From: Candidatus Magasanikiibacteriota bacterium
GTDB lineage: Bacteria; Patescibacteriota; Patescibacteriia; Magasanikbacterales; UBA922
Length of the DNA stretch: 64,000 nt
Direction of reading: 5' to 3'
Assembly: GCA_014729395.1 (NCBI GenBank)
Contig: WJJZ01000006.1
Coordinates: 7,090 to 71,089, forward strand
Shown: positions 20,341 through 31,025 of the stretch, one piece after another
Position numbering within the stretch: the stretch's first letter is position 1
How the letters are laid out: each line of letters begins with the position of its first letter
Translations under genes and position numbers: made by a program
The notes under the pieces: model-generated
Told to the model about the DNA's origin: nothing
The model's database searches: none
The model's input: the letters and a program-made list of their open reading frames with translations, nothing else

Positions 20341-21213
20341 ATGAATAAGCCAAGATTACATTATATTGGGATCGGTGGGCAGAAATGCGCAACGAGTTGG
20401 CTATCAAAATGTATCTCTGAACACCCTGAATTAGATATTTTTCCGGGTAAGGAAATTCATTTTTTTAGTGAAACTAAAAAATACAATAAAGGCTTAGAAT
20501 TTTATACAAATTTTTTTAAAGACTGTGATTTCAGTAAGAAGGTGGGGGAGTTCAGTACGACTTATCTGAATTCTTTTAAAGCTGCTGATCGGATTAAGGA
20601 GTATTACCCGGATATTAAAATTATTGTTTCCATCAGAAATCCGATCGATCGAGCCGTCTCACATGTTAGGCATTTATTATCAACCGGAAAAATTAATTAT
20701 TTCCGTAATTGGGATGATCCGTTTTTGATAGAACAATCCCTTATCGAACGTGGATATTATGGAAAATATGTTGAATATTATATCAAACTGTTCGGTAGAG
20801 AGAATATATTGATTATTTTATTTGATGATATTTCGAATAAACCTGACAAAGTAGTTAAAGATATTTATACTTTTCTTGATGTTGATAATTCTTTTAAACC
20901 AAGCAGTATAGATAAAAAATATAATAGTAGTAATGCAAGATCTTTCTCAGCTTTTTGGTTATTAAACAATATATATTTAAAATATAGAAATAATTCATTA
21001 TTTAAAATATCAACATCAATATTTAAAAAAATGGGCATTAATTCAGTTTTGATTAATAATTTTTTTGATAAACTTGGCAAAGTTAAAATAGAAAAAATAA
21101 AATTCAAAAGAAGTGAGTTGATTGAAATATATAGAGATGATATAAAAAAAACGGAACGAATAACAAAGAGAGATTTATCGGATTGGTATACTTTTAATGA
21201 AAAAGAAATATAA
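20341..21213 (+). CDS. Sulfotransferase (Sulfotransfer_1, heparan-sulfate-ST-like motifs)
   Basis: GGQKCATS, KEIHFF, GEFSTTY, RNPIDRAVS. Confidence 0.88.
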   Translation: MNKPRLHYIGIGGQKCATSWLSKCISEHPELDIFPGKEIHFFSETKKYNKGLEFYTNFFKDCDFSKKVGEFSTTYLNSFKAADRIKEYYPDIKIIVSIRNPIDRAVSHVRHLLSTGKINYFRNWDDPFLIEQSLIERGYYGKYVEYYIKLFGRENILIILFDDISNKPDKVVKDIYTFLDVDNSFKPSSIDKKYNSSNARSFSAFWLLNNIYLKYRNNSLFKISTSIFKKMGINSVLINNFFDKLGKVKIEKIKFKRSELIEIYRDDIKKTERITKRDLSDWYTFNEKEI

Positions 21214-21274
21214 AAAATTATTGTACTTTATATATTAATGTTATAATCAAATAATATAGATTCTTTTAAAAAAT

Positions 21275-22690
21275 ATGATAAGTTTATCTAAGTTTTCAAA
21301 ATTTATAAACAACAACAAGATACCAATTTTTCTATTTTTTTTGGCTCTTTTGAGCGGTTTTTTTTGGAACCACCGTTTTTATTTTCAAGCGATTCCAAGC
21401 GGCGGCGACCAAAGACAATATAGTTGCCTTGCAATCGATATGATCGAAAATGGAACGTATACGGAATGTGGTACTGAAAGTTTCTTAGAACCGGGATATC
21501 CATTATTTTTGGCCAGTATTTTTTTATTTTCAGATACTAGCCCCATTGCTGTGAGATTCGTTCAATTGTTTATTTTTGGTGTTATTGTAGTTTTAATATA
21601 TTTTTTGAGCAGAAGATTATTTGATAGTAAGGTAGCTTTCATAGCAGGGTTATTTACAGCCTTACATTGGAGTCTAGCTAACTATACCGGTTCTCTCATA
21701 CGAGAGGTTTTTTTAGTTTTTTCTATTCTGCTTTTAGTTTATTCATTATATATCGCAGTTTCGAGCAAAAAAAATACACATTTTATAATATCCGGGTTGC
21801 TTTTTGGGGTTGTGGCACTTTCGAATGCTATTATAGAATATTTTTTATTGTTTATAATTATTAATTTTATAATTATATTAAGAAAAAAAATAGAGATAAA
21901 GCAAATTTTTTTAAAGATAGGTTTATTTCTTTTTGCATTTTGTTTAATTTTGAGTCCGTGGATTGTAAGAAACTCTCTCTATTATAATAAACTGGTTGTT
22001 TCGCTTACACCAAAGAAGGGTCATATTTTGAGTATGAGGGCCGCCTTGATGGAGGAGATGTACCCGAATATTCATAAATATTATTTTGGTCATCTTTTTG
22101 GTTATTATTTTGCAGAAAAAGTATATCCGGATTTGGATATTTGGGCGTTTAGGGATTTTAATGCTGCGAATAGCGTCATGTTGGAATTGCGCGAAGAAGG
22201 GTATAATCTGAATCAAATAGATGAAATAATTTCAGAAAGAGCTGTTAATAAAATTATCACACAACCTCATAAATATGTAGCTTTTTGTATTTTAGATTTT
22301 TTAAATTTTAACAGTCCATTGATACCACAAAAAATATTCATGGGTAATTCTTATGTCCATTATACCTTTGCTGAAGGTAGATTCCCAACTGTACCCGGCT
22401 ATGTAAAATCAGGTGTGTTGATATTATTTCGAATCTACTGGTATACATTTTTGTTTTTAGTTATTTATGGTCTTTGTAAAAATATAAAAAATTGGGAAAA
22501 AATAAGTTGGTTTTTTTTGATTATTTTATATTTTAATGGTGTATATAGTGCGGTTCATGCACTCCCTCGCTATGCTGTCCAAATTTATCCTTTTTATATA
22601 ATATTAGCTTCAGCAGGAGTATTAATCTTATTTAAAAAATATAAGCATAAAATCAAAAGTTTAGTCGGTAAATTAAGTAAAACCAAATAA
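21275..22690 (+). CDS. GT-C fold membrane glycosyltransferase (ArnT/PMT-like)
   Basis: D..QY after TM1, PGYPLFL, many TMs, PW..RN, PRY. Confidence 0.8.
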   Translation: MISLSKFSKFINNNKIPIFLFFLALLSGFFWNHRFYFQAIPSGGDQRQYSCLAIDMIENGTYTECGTESFLEPGYPLFLASIFLFSDTSPIAVRFVQLFIFGVIVVLIYFLSRRLFDSKVAFIAGLFTALHWSLANYTGSLIREVFLVFSILLLVYSLYIAVSSKKNTHFIISGLLFGVVALSNAIIEYFLLFIIINFIIILRKKIEIKQIFLKIGLFLFAFCLILSPWIVRNSLYYNKLVVSLTPKKGHILSMRAALMEEMYPNIHKYYFGHLFGYYFAEKVYPDLDIWAFRDFNAANSVMLELREEGYNLNQIDEIISERAVNKIITQPHKYVAFCILDFLNFNSPLIPQKIFMGNSYVHYTFAEGRFPTVPGYVKSGVLILFRIYWYTFLFLVIYGLCKNIKNWEKISWFFLIILYFNGVYSAVHALPRYAVQIYPFYIILASAGVLILFKKYKHKIKSLVGKLSKTK

Positions 22691-22693
22691 ATT

Positions 22694-23629
22694 ATGTTCA
22701 TGCCGATTATAAAAAAAATTAGTGTTTTCATACCATTTTTAATAACCGGTCTGATTATATATCTACTTTTTAGTAATTTTGATATTGGACAGACTGTAAG
22801 AATAATCCAAACCGGCTCAAAATTTTTTTTGTTTTTATCAATATTTTTTATTTTTTTGACCACTTTAGTTCTGGCTTTACGATGGAAAATAATGCTTGGT
22901 TTATGCGGGCACAAAGATTCTTATAATAATATATTAAAAAAATATTTAGCGAGCGTGCCTTTTTCCAAAACAACTCCTTCAAATAGTGGAGATTTTATAC
23001 GAGCCGTATATACAAAAAATAAAATTGGTCTTACAAAAGGTTCCGGTATTGTTTTTATGGAAAATTTACTTGATATTTATGTTTTGACCTTTTTTGCGTT
23101 ATTCGGATCCTTAATAAAAGGAATGTTAGGTATATTTTTGATTATTTTTTTTATTGTAGTATTATCGTTTTTTTTACTGTTCATCTTAAATAAAATTAAT
23201 TTATCAAAATTAAGGTTAAATAATAAGTTCAAGCAGAAAATACAGTCTTTTTTTTCTATTTTTAGAGAATTTAAGAAAAATTCCATATCGTTTTTTTTAA
23301 AAATTTTGATCTTGACATCGTCAGCTTGGATACTTGTGATAGGCAGCTTTGTTTGCCTATTCATTGCTTTTGGGATAGATGTTCCCTTTTTTGAAGTTGT
23401 ATTTTTGCAACCGATTATTATTTTTTTAGGTTTGTTGCCGATTACGGTTTCCGGGGTGGGTATAAGGGAGTCGGCAATAATATTTTTTTATGCCGGCTAT
23501 GGATCAGCTGCATCATTAATGGCGGTAGGATTGTCTTATTCATGTTTTTCTGCTATTATTTTACCACTGTTATACCTGCCTTTTAGTTATCAGATTATTA
23601 AGAAAAAGCTTTTTTATGCAAGAAAATAA
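22694..23629 (+). CDS. Lysylphosphatidylglycerol-synthase-TM-like flippase
   Basis: LRW, TPS..GD..R, LPIT.SG.G.RE. Confidence 0.8.
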   Translation: MFMPIIKKISVFIPFLITGLIIYLLFSNFDIGQTVRIIQTGSKFFLFLSIFFIFLTTLVLALRWKIMLGLCGHKDSYNNILKKYLASVPFSKTTPSNSGDFIRAVYTKNKIGLTKGSGIVFMENLLDIYVLTFFALFGSLIKGMLGIFLIIFFIVVLSFFLLFILNKINLSKLRLNNKFKQKIQSFFSIFREFKKNSISFFLKILILTSSAWILVIGSFVCLFIAFGIDVPFFEVVFLQPIIIFLGLLPITVSGVGIRESAIIFFYAGYGSAASLMAVGLSYSCFSAIILPLLYLPFSYQIIKKKLFYARK

Positions 23630-24503
23630 ATATGAAATAAATGATAAATTGTCAATTTCATTCGTTATTCCCGTTTACAACGAAGAAATAATAATAAGAA
23701 ATGTGCTCGAAGATTTGAAGCAATATTTACGGTCTTTGGATATAAATTATGAAGTCATTGTCGTTAATGACGGTTCAAGCGACGATAGTAAAGAGATATT
23801 GGAATCCATAGATAATATTAGAGTTGTGAACCACCCATACAACAAAGGTTATGGTGCAGCTTTAAAAACCGGAGCCATGTTAGCTCGGTTCAAGTGGGTT
23901 ATGTTTTATGATGGCGACGGACAGCACAAGCCGAAATTAATTGGAGACTTAATTAAACATAATTCTCAATATGATATGATAGTAGGTGCGCGAGTCGGAT
24001 ACAAAGGTCCATGGATTAGGCAGCCGGGAAAAAAAATTTTAGGTGTGTTGGCAAATTATTTGGTAGATTTTAAAATTCCTGATTTGAATTCAGGTTTAAG
24101 GATGGTAAAGAAAGATTTTTTTGTCAAATATATCCATCTTTATCCGGATTCTTTCTCTCTTTCTACGACTATCACCATGGCTTTTTTAAAGGCCGGTTTA
24201 AATGTAAAATATGTACCGATTGAGATAAATAAACGGGTGGGTAAGAGTTCGGTCTCACCCAGGGACGCACTTAAAACTTTTATTTTGCTCATGCGAATGA
24301 TAGCCCTATTTGCGCCAATGAGAATTATTTTTCCAATAAGTCTTATATTTTTTGTTATGACACTGGTTTCTGTATCTTATGATCTATGGTTAAAAAATAT
24401 TTCTGATATTTCAGTAATTTTATTTGTTACAACAATTTTATTTTTTATTTTTGGAGTGATTTTAGATCAAATATCAGCCGTTAGAAGGGAGTTGAATAAA
24501 TAA
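23616..24503 (+). CDS. GT2 polyprenol-phosphate glycosyltransferase with C-terminal TMs
   Basis: IPVYNE, DGS.D, GYGAA, DGDGQH, D.NSG.R. Confidence 0.88.
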   Translation: MQENKYEINDKLSISFVIPVYNEEIIIRNVLEDLKQYLRSLDINYEVIVVNDGSSDDSKEILESIDNIRVVNHPYNKGYGAALKTGAMLARFKWVMFYDGDGQHKPKLIGDLIKHNSQYDMIVGARVGYKGPWIRQPGKKILGVLANYLVDFKIPDLNSGLRMVKKDFFVKYIHLYPDSFSLSTTITMAFLKAGLNVKYVPIEINKRVGKSSVSPRDALKTFILLMRMIALFAPMRIIFPISLIFFVMTLVSVSYDLWLKNISDISVILFVTTILFFIFGVILDQISAVRRELNK

Positions 24504-24507
24504 TTAT

Positions 24508-25038
24508 ATGGCTAAATTAGATTATTTAGGTGAAAAATTATTAGATTCAAGAATTAAAGTTTCAATGCCTTATATAACCGGACGTCTTTTAGATTTGGGG
24601 TGTGGAACTAATAAGCTGGTTAGAAATTATAGAGGAGAAGGAGTGGGAGTTGATGTTTTTGATTTTGGTGATGTGGATTTGATTGTGGAAGACAGCAGTA
24701 AAATTCCTTTTGAAGATGAAAGTTTTGATACGATAACCATATTAGCCGCTTTAAATCATATTCCAAATAGGGAGCGGGTTTTACAGGAGATGCACCGATT
24801 ACTAAAGCCGGACGGTAAGTTGTTGGTAACGATGATCAGCCCGTTAATTTCTTTTTGTTGGCATACTTTGCGTGCTCCTTGGGACAGGGATCAAAAAGAA
24901 AGAGGAATGGAAGAAGGGGAAGTTTATGGTATAACCCCCCAAGAAATGATTAAAATGCTGGAGACAGCTGGTTTTTGTGTACAAAGTAAAAAACGTTTTA
25001 TGTTAGGTTTAAATAGACTATATATAGTTCAAAAGTAA
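24508..25038 (+). CDS. Class I SAM-dependent methyltransferase
   Basis: LDLGCG, PFEDESFD, LKPDG. Confidence 0.85.
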   Translation: MAKLDYLGEKLLDSRIKVSMPYITGRLLDLGCGTNKLVRNYRGEGVGVDVFDFGDVDLIVEDSSKIPFEDESFDTITILAALNHIPNRERVLQEMHRLLKPDGKLLVTMISPLISFCWHTLRAPWDRDQKERGMEEGEVYGITPQEMIKMLETAGFCVQSKKRFMLGLNRLYIVQK

Positions 25039-25044
25039 AGTTGT

Positions 25045-27036
25045 ATGTGTGGTATATTTGGAGCAGTTATTCCAAAAAAAAATAAATTCGATGATAAAGA
25101 ATTAGAAAAGTTTACACAAAAACTTTTTAAATTTTCTGAATCAAGAGGTAAAGAAGCTTCGGGTTTAGCAAGATTGTTTCCAAAAAAAATTGATGTTATA
25201 AAAGAACCTTTTCCAAGCTCTTTTTTAACAAAAATACATAAATTCAAAAAAATTATAAGTGAAAAATCTGACTCTTTTGTAATTATGGGCCATACCAGAT
25301 TGGTTACGAATGGGACACTTGAAAAAAAAGAAAATAATCAACCGGTAGTAAGAGAAGATATTGTTACCGTCCATAATGGAATTATAGTAAACGAAAAGGA
25401 TATATGGTCCGAGATTAAAGATGTTGAACGTGAGTTTGAAGTGGATACGGAACTAATCCCGGTTTTGTTAAGGAAATATTTAAAAAACGGTGACAGTTTT
25501 TCGATTGCAATTTCAAAGACGTTTTCTAAAATAGAAGGTATGGCTTCTATTTGTGCTTTTTTTACGGATTCAGACCATATTTTACTTGCCACAAACAATG
25601 GTTCATTGTATTTTTTAAAAGATAAAAATAATTATCTTATATTTGCATCTGAATATAATATTTTGAAATCTCTGTGTAAAAAATTTAAAAGTCAATTTAC
25701 AGAGGAAAACATTAAGAAATTGAATGCAAACAAAGCTTGTCTTGTGAATACGAGGGATTTGGAAGAGTTAATTTTTTTTGATTTAACTGATGAAAAAGCA
25801 GTCGCCAATAATAATTTGAACATTATAAATACCACCAAACGTACTATTAATGTGTTACCGAGTGAGAAAGCAAATCATTATAATATTACTCAAAATGTAA
25901 ATTATAATGATAGACAAGATTTTATTGATAATTCTGATTATGAAAAGATAAAAAAAATGCGTAGGTGTAAAATATGTATTTTGCCCGAGACTATGCCTTT
26001 CATAAATTTTGATAAAAATGGAATTTGCAATTATTGTAAAAGTTATAAGAAAATTAAACTAAAAGGAAAAGAAAAATTGAATGATGACATTAATAAATAT
26101 TTAAATAAAAAAACAGACAAGATTGTCGTTGCTCTAAGTGGTGGAAGAGATTCTTGCTACGGACTCCATTATGCGAAAACGGTTTTAGGGCTGAATGTGG
26201 TAACTTTTTCTTATGATTGGGGTATGATTACCGACTTGGCTCGACGTAACCAGTCTAGAATGTGTGCCAAATTGGGTGTAGAGCATATTTTAGTATCAGC
26301 CAATATAAAAAGAAAAAGAGAAAATATTAAAAAAAATGTAAAAGCCTGGCTTAGAAAACCTGATTTGGGAACCATACCTTTGTTTATGGCCGGAGACAAA
26401 CAATATTTTTATTATGCTAACAAAGTAATGAAGCAAACCGCATCTAGAGCTATAATAATGAGTGAAAATAATTTGGAAAGAACGCATTTTAAACATGGTT
26501 TTTGTGGGGTTGAACACAATGATAATATCAGGCCGGCTTATTTTTTGTCCAGTGGGGATAAATTTAAGATGATGCTGTATTTTTTTAAAAAGTTTGTTGG
26601 AAATCCCGGCTATATCAATAGTTCGCTACTTGATTCATTTGGTGGTTACCTATCTTATTATTTCGTTCCGCATAATTACATTTATTTGTTTAATTATGTT
26701 CCGTGGCTAGAAAGTAATGTTAATAATGTTTTGGTTAACGAATACAATTGGGAGTTAGCTGGCGACACTGAATCAACTTGGCGGATAGGAGATGGGACAG
26801 CTCCATTTTATAATTATATTTATTATACCGTAGCCGGATTTACAGAAAACGATACTTTTCGTAGTAATCAAGTTAGAGAAGGGATTATATCAAGGGAGGA
26901 AGCTTTAGAATTGGCAGATAGAGACAATCAACCTAGATTGGAATCGATAAAATGGTATTGTGACACAATCGGTATTGACTTTAAAGAAAGTTTAAAAATT
27001 ATTAATTTAATTCCCAAATTATATGGTGATGTTTAA
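25045..27036 (+). CDS. Fusion of class II (Ntn) glutamine amidotransferase and WbpG-like N-acetyl-sugar amidotransferase (PP-loop)
   Basis: MCGIFG, RG, GHTR, NQP, HNGII, DTE; then CKICILP...CNYC and SGGRDS; ends with VREG.ISREEAL. Confidence 0.82.
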   Translation: MCGIFGAVIPKKNKFDDKELEKFTQKLFKFSESRGKEASGLARLFPKKIDVIKEPFPSSFLTKIHKFKKIISEKSDSFVIMGHTRLVTNGTLEKKENNQPVVREDIVTVHNGIIVNEKDIWSEIKDVEREFEVDTELIPVLLRKYLKNGDSFSIAISKTFSKIEGMASICAFFTDSDHILLATNNGSLYFLKDKNNYLIFASEYNILKSLCKKFKSQFTEENIKKLNANKACLVNTRDLEELIFFDLTDEKAVANNNLNIINTTKRTINVLPSEKANHYNITQNVNYNDRQDFIDNSDYEKIKKMRRCKICILPETMPFINFDKNGICNYCKSYKKIKLKGKEKLNDDINKYLNKKTDKIVVALSGGRDSCYGLHYAKTVLGLNVVTFSYDWGMITDLARRNQSRMCAKLGVEHILVSANIKRKRENIKKNVKAWLRKPDLGTIPLFMAGDKQYFYYANKVMKQTASRAIIMSENNLERTHFKHGFCGVEHNDNIRPAYFLSSGDKFKMMLYFFKKFVGNPGYINSSLLDSFGGYLSYYFVPHNYIYLFNYVPWLESNVNNVLVNEYNWELAGDTESTWRIGDGTAPFYNYIYYTVAGFTENDTFRSNQVREGIISREEALELADRDNQPRLESIKWYCDTIGIDFKESLKIINLIPKLYGDV

Positions 27037-28090
27037 TGTAGCAAAATCAATTGTCAAAAATAAATTTAATAAAATTTCCTATCCTTCTTTTATTACCTAT
27101 TTAATCACATGGCGTTGTAATAGCCGGTGTATTTTTTGTGATGTGTGGAAAAAGAGAGCCGGGCAAATTGATGAGCTTGATATCGATGAAATAGAAAAGG
27201 CATTTTCTCAATTAAAAAAGCTCGATGTCTTGCGTTTGAGCGGGGGAGAGCCTTTTCTTAGAAAAGATTTGGCAGAAGTGATAAATTTGATCGATAAAAT
27301 TAACAAGCCAAGTCTAATTCATTTAACGTCCAATGGAATGCTGACCGAAATAATATCTGAAACTGTAAAGAAAATTAAGCCTTTAAATAAAATCCATATC
27401 AAGATTTCAATAGATAATGTGGGTGAGAAACATGATAAAGTTCGACAAATACCCGGCGCATACAATAAGGCAATGGAGACAGTAAGGATGTTGTCTAATG
27501 TCAGTAAAGAGACCGGTCTTCATGTTGGGGTTAATCAAGTGGTCGTGAATGAATCTGATATAGATTCGTATTTTGAATTAAAGAAAATTTTGAGTGAATA
27601 TAATGTACCGATTTATCCGGTTATTGCCAATCAACCAACTAATAGTCTGTATAGTGACAGTGGTGTGGTAGACCCCAACATATCTTTCAAACCTTTTGGG
27701 GATTTTTCAAAAGAGGGTATTAAAAAATTTATGAAGATTTTACTGAGACATGGTAAAGAGGTGAATGATTTTAAAGAGCAAATGGTGGATAGGTACCATT
27801 TAAAGGGTTTGTATAATCGTTTAGTAGAGGAGAAAAATAATCCTAATCCGAAGTGTGTAGCATTGAATAACCACCTAAGAATTTTACCAAATGGTGATAT
27901 TCCGGTATGTATGTATAATGGTTCTATAGTTGGTAATTTGAGAAATGAAAAATTTAAAGATATTTGGTTTGGAGACAAAATTAAAAAATATAGAACTTAT
28001 GTTAATAATTGTCCCGGTTGTTGGCAGAGTTGTGAGACAGCCGTAAGTGCTATTTATACCGGTGATATTATGAAAGGTATGTTTTATTAA
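27029..28090 (+). CDS. Radical SAM protein with SPASM/twitch domain
   Basis: CNSRCIFC, SGGEPFL, C...GDIPVC, CPGCWQSC. Confidence 0.88.
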   Translation: MFNVAKSIVKNKFNKISYPSFITYLITWRCNSRCIFCDVWKKRAGQIDELDIDEIEKAFSQLKKLDVLRLSGGEPFLRKDLAEVINLIDKINKPSLIHLTSNGMLTEIISETVKKIKPLNKIHIKISIDNVGEKHDKVRQIPGAYNKAMETVRMLSNVSKETGLHVGVNQVVVNESDIDSYFELKKILSEYNVPIYPVIANQPTNSLYSDSGVVDPNISFKPFGDFSKEGIKKFMKILLRHGKEVNDFKEQMVDRYHLKGLYNRLVEEKNNPNPKCVALNNHLRILPNGDIPVCMYNGSIVGNLRNEKFKDIWFGDKIKKYRTYVNNCPGCWQSCETAVSAIYTGDIMKGMFY

Positions 28091-28136
28091 TATATTTATT
28101 TGGTAACTGTCTGATGTTTATATTAATATAATTACG

Positions 28137-28967
28137 ATGAATATAGTTTTTATACTTGGGAGTGGACATTGTGGTTCAACATTGCTTGACCTTATTTTGG
28201 ATTGTCATTCTAAAATAATCGGGGTTGGTGAATTTGAAAATGTAGGTAAGGAGAAACTGTGTAGTTGTGGCAGGGATTTTGAGGAGTGCGAGCTTTGGAA
28301 AAATATTTTAAAGCATAGGGATTTGTCGAAATTGAAGATATTTAGAACTAAAAAAGATTTTTTGTTAAACAAAAATAATTTTTATTACTATAAAAAAGAG
28401 ATGCGGTCGGTTGATTTAAATTCCTATATTACTGAGAATGAAAATATGTTTGATCAGGTTTTGGGTTTTTTTGACCAAAAGAAGGATTTTATAGTTGATT
28501 CTTCAAAGAACGTTGATAGATTTGAGCTACTTTTTAAAAGTAATTATATTAGACCGATTATTTTACATGTTGTCCGTGATGGTCGGGCTGTAACCTGGTC
28601 ATATTTTAAAAAGTACAAGAAAGCTATGCCTTATATGTGGAAATGGTTTGCACAAAATTTTAAAATTTATTATCTAAAAAAAAGAAACAAAGCGGATTAT
28701 GTTTTTGTACGTTATGAAAACTTAGCTAAAAATCCTAAAAAAGAAATTGAACGTATACTTAATAGCTTAGGTTTGGTTTATGAAGAGAATATGTTAAATT
28801 TTAGAAATTTTACTCATCATCAGGCTGGTGGTAATAGAATGCGTTTGTCCGGCACTAATGAGATAAAAGAAGATGTAAGTTGGAAAAAGAATTTACCTAT
28901 GAAATATCGACTGTTATTCAATATTTTGTTTGGCTGGTTAAATTTTTATTATGCAAGAAAAAGGTAA
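28137..28967 (+). CDS. Sulfotransferase
   Basis: GSGHCGST, CSCG, VDSSK, VRDGRAV..S, RYE.L, GN.MR. Confidence 0.82.
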   Translation: MNIVFILGSGHCGSTLLDLILDCHSKIIGVGEFENVGKEKLCSCGRDFEECELWKNILKHRDLSKLKIFRTKKDFLLNKNNFYYYKKEMRSVDLNSYITENENMFDQVLGFFDQKKDFIVDSSKNVDRFELLFKSNYIRPIILHVVRDGRAVTWSYFKKYKKAMPYMWKWFAQNFKIYYLKKRNKADYVFVRYENLAKNPKKEIERILNSLGLVYEENMLNFRNFTHHQAGGNRMRLSGTNEIKEDVSWKKNLPMKYRLLFNILFGWLNFYYARKR

Positions 28968-29850
28968 TAAATTTAAAATTAATTTTATTGGCGTGGGGAC
29001 ACCAAGAAGCGGTACTACATGGATATCCAAATGTTTATCTGAACACTCGCAAATTTGTTTCTCAAAGGAAAAAGAAACTCATTTTTTTGATAAAGATTAT
29101 AATTTTGACAAGGGTCTGGAATACTACCGGTCTTTTTTTGAAAATAAAGAGAAGCAAGAGGGTGTGATTCTGGGTGAATTTACACCGAGCTATTATCGTG
29201 ATGAGAAGTGCGCAAAAAGAATTAAAACATTTTTTCCTGATGTAAAAATTATATTATGTTTGAGAAATCCCGTTGATAGAGCTCTGTCTGATTATCGTTA
29301 CAATAAAAAGAGAGGTGCTAAGCTGGGTCAAAATTTACTTGAAGAGCCTGAATTAAACTTGGATGAAAGAGTGGTGTCAGACGGTTTTTTTTATAATCAT
29401 TTAGAAAAGTTTTTAATTCCTTTTAATTTCAATAATATTCATATTATCCTGCATAAAGATATTAAAAAACACCCGGATAAAGTTCTTAGAAAGCTTTATG
29501 ATTTTTTGGGGGTGAATAATGATTTTATTCCGTCCTCGCTACATCAGAGGGTCAACACCACCGAAGGCACCAATTATCGTTACCCGGCGATAAATAGAAT
29601 TATTAATTATAGAAAAAAATTGAAAAACGATGCTGTAGGTCGATTTATATTAAATATTTTTAAATTACTTGGCATTGGTTATTTGTCAAAAAAGTTAATT
29701 CAAGCCAATAAGACATCCAAACAAAAAAATATTTTTTCTGAAGAGGAAATTAACAATTTTAAAATAAAATTATTTGATGTTTACTTAAAGGATATTAATA
29801 AATTGGAAGACTTGATAAAAAAAGATCTTAGTATATGGAAACAGATTTAG
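28951..29850 (+). CDS. Sulfotransferase (Sulfotransfer_1)
   Basis: GTPRSGTT, KETHFF, GEFTPSY, LRNPVDRALS. Confidence 0.88.
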   Translation: MQEKGNKFKINFIGVGTPRSGTTWISKCLSEHSQICFSKEKETHFFDKDYNFDKGLEYYRSFFENKEKQEGVILGEFTPSYYRDEKCAKRIKTFFPDVKIILCLRNPVDRALSDYRYNKKRGAKLGQNLLEEPELNLDERVVSDGFFYNHLEKFLIPFNFNNIHIILHKDIKKHPDKVLRKLYDFLGVNNDFIPSSLHQRVNTTEGTNYRYPAINRIINYRKKLKNDAVGRFILNIFKLLGIGYLSKKLIQANKTSKQKNIFSEEEINNFKIKLFDVYLKDINKLEDLIKKDLSIWKQI

Positions 29851-31025
29851 AGGCCAAAAAAATCAATATTAAATATATTACTAATGCCAGGATGCCGACA
29901 GAAAAAGCACATGGATATCAGATTTGTAAAATGTGTGAGGATTTTTCTAATTGTGGGGTAGAAATAGAATTAATAGTTCCCAAAAGAGATAATCATATCA
30001 AGGAAACAATTTTTGGATTTTATAATTTAGAAAAAAATTATAGTATAAAAAAAATTAAGAGTTTTGATTTTTTTAAATTACAAAAAGTTATCGGTTCTAG
30101 ATTAAGTCATTATTTACAGAGTTTAACTTTTCTTTTTCACCTTTGTTTTTTGAAAGTCGATGGTAATGAAATAATCTATACTAGAAATCCGGGAATTATT
30201 TTTTTGTTTAAGATGCGAGGGTGTAAAACTGTCTATGAGTGCCATGATTGGTTTTCCAGATCAAAAATTTTATCTTTGTTTTTTTTAAAGAAGTGTGATT
30301 TTATCATTACAACTAATAATTTCATAAAAAAAGAATTTTTAAAAAATAAATTTAATAAAGATAGGTTATGTGTTGCGCCTAACGGAGTCAATTTGGAAAT
30401 GTTTGATTTGAGTTTGAACAAGAAAGAGGCAGTTGAAAAATTATCTCTGGATAAAATGATAAAAGATAGTTTGCTTAATAATTTGGTTCTATTATACACT
30501 GGTAGTTTTAGAACAATGGGGGAGAGTAAGGGGATAGATGAGATTTTAGAAGCACTCGTAAGGTTAAAAAATAAGAATATAATATTTATTGCTGTTGGTG
30601 GGAATAAGAGTGATATAAAATATTATGAGTCTAAGGCAAAAAATTTAAACTTGAAAAATGCTTTATTTTTAGATAAAGTAAACCAAAATAAATTGGCTAT
30701 TTTTCAGAAAGCATCAGACATTTTACTAATGCCTTTTCCTAATAAAGCGCACTATAAGTATTTTATGACACCCCTCAAAACTTTTGAATATATGGCTTCT
30801 AAAAGGCCTATAATTGCATCAGATTTGCCCAGTATTAGAGAAATTTTGGATGATAACACAGCACTTTTCTGTCGGCCTGATAGTATTGATAGTTTGGTGG
30901 AAAAAATTAATGATTTAATTTCAAATAAAAATTTGGTTGAAAGAATTACAAAAAATGCTTATACAAAAGTTCAACAATACACCTGGAAGAAAAGAGCTCA
31001 AAAAATATTGAATTTTATAAAATGA
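29835..31025 (+). CDS. GT4 glycosyltransferase
   Basis: RMPTEKAH, PNGV, KG, PLK.FEYMA. Confidence 0.88.
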   Translation: METDLEAKKINIKYITNARMPTEKAHGYQICKMCEDFSNCGVEIELIVPKRDNHIKETIFGFYNLEKNYSIKKIKSFDFFKLQKVIGSRLSHYLQSLTFLFHLCFLKVDGNEIIYTRNPGIIFLFKMRGCKTVYECHDWFSRSKILSLFFLKKCDFIITTNNFIKKEFLKNKFNKDRLCVAPNGVNLEMFDLSLNKKEAVEKLSLDKMIKDSLLNNLVLLYTGSFRTMGESKGIDEILEALVRLKNKNIIFIAVGGNKSDIKYYESKAKNLNLKNALFLDKVNQNKLAIFQKASDILLMPFPNKAHYKYFMTPLKTFEYMASKRPIIASDLPSIREILDDNTALFCRPDSIDSLVEKINDLISNKNLVERITKNAYTKVQQYTWKKRAQKILNFIK

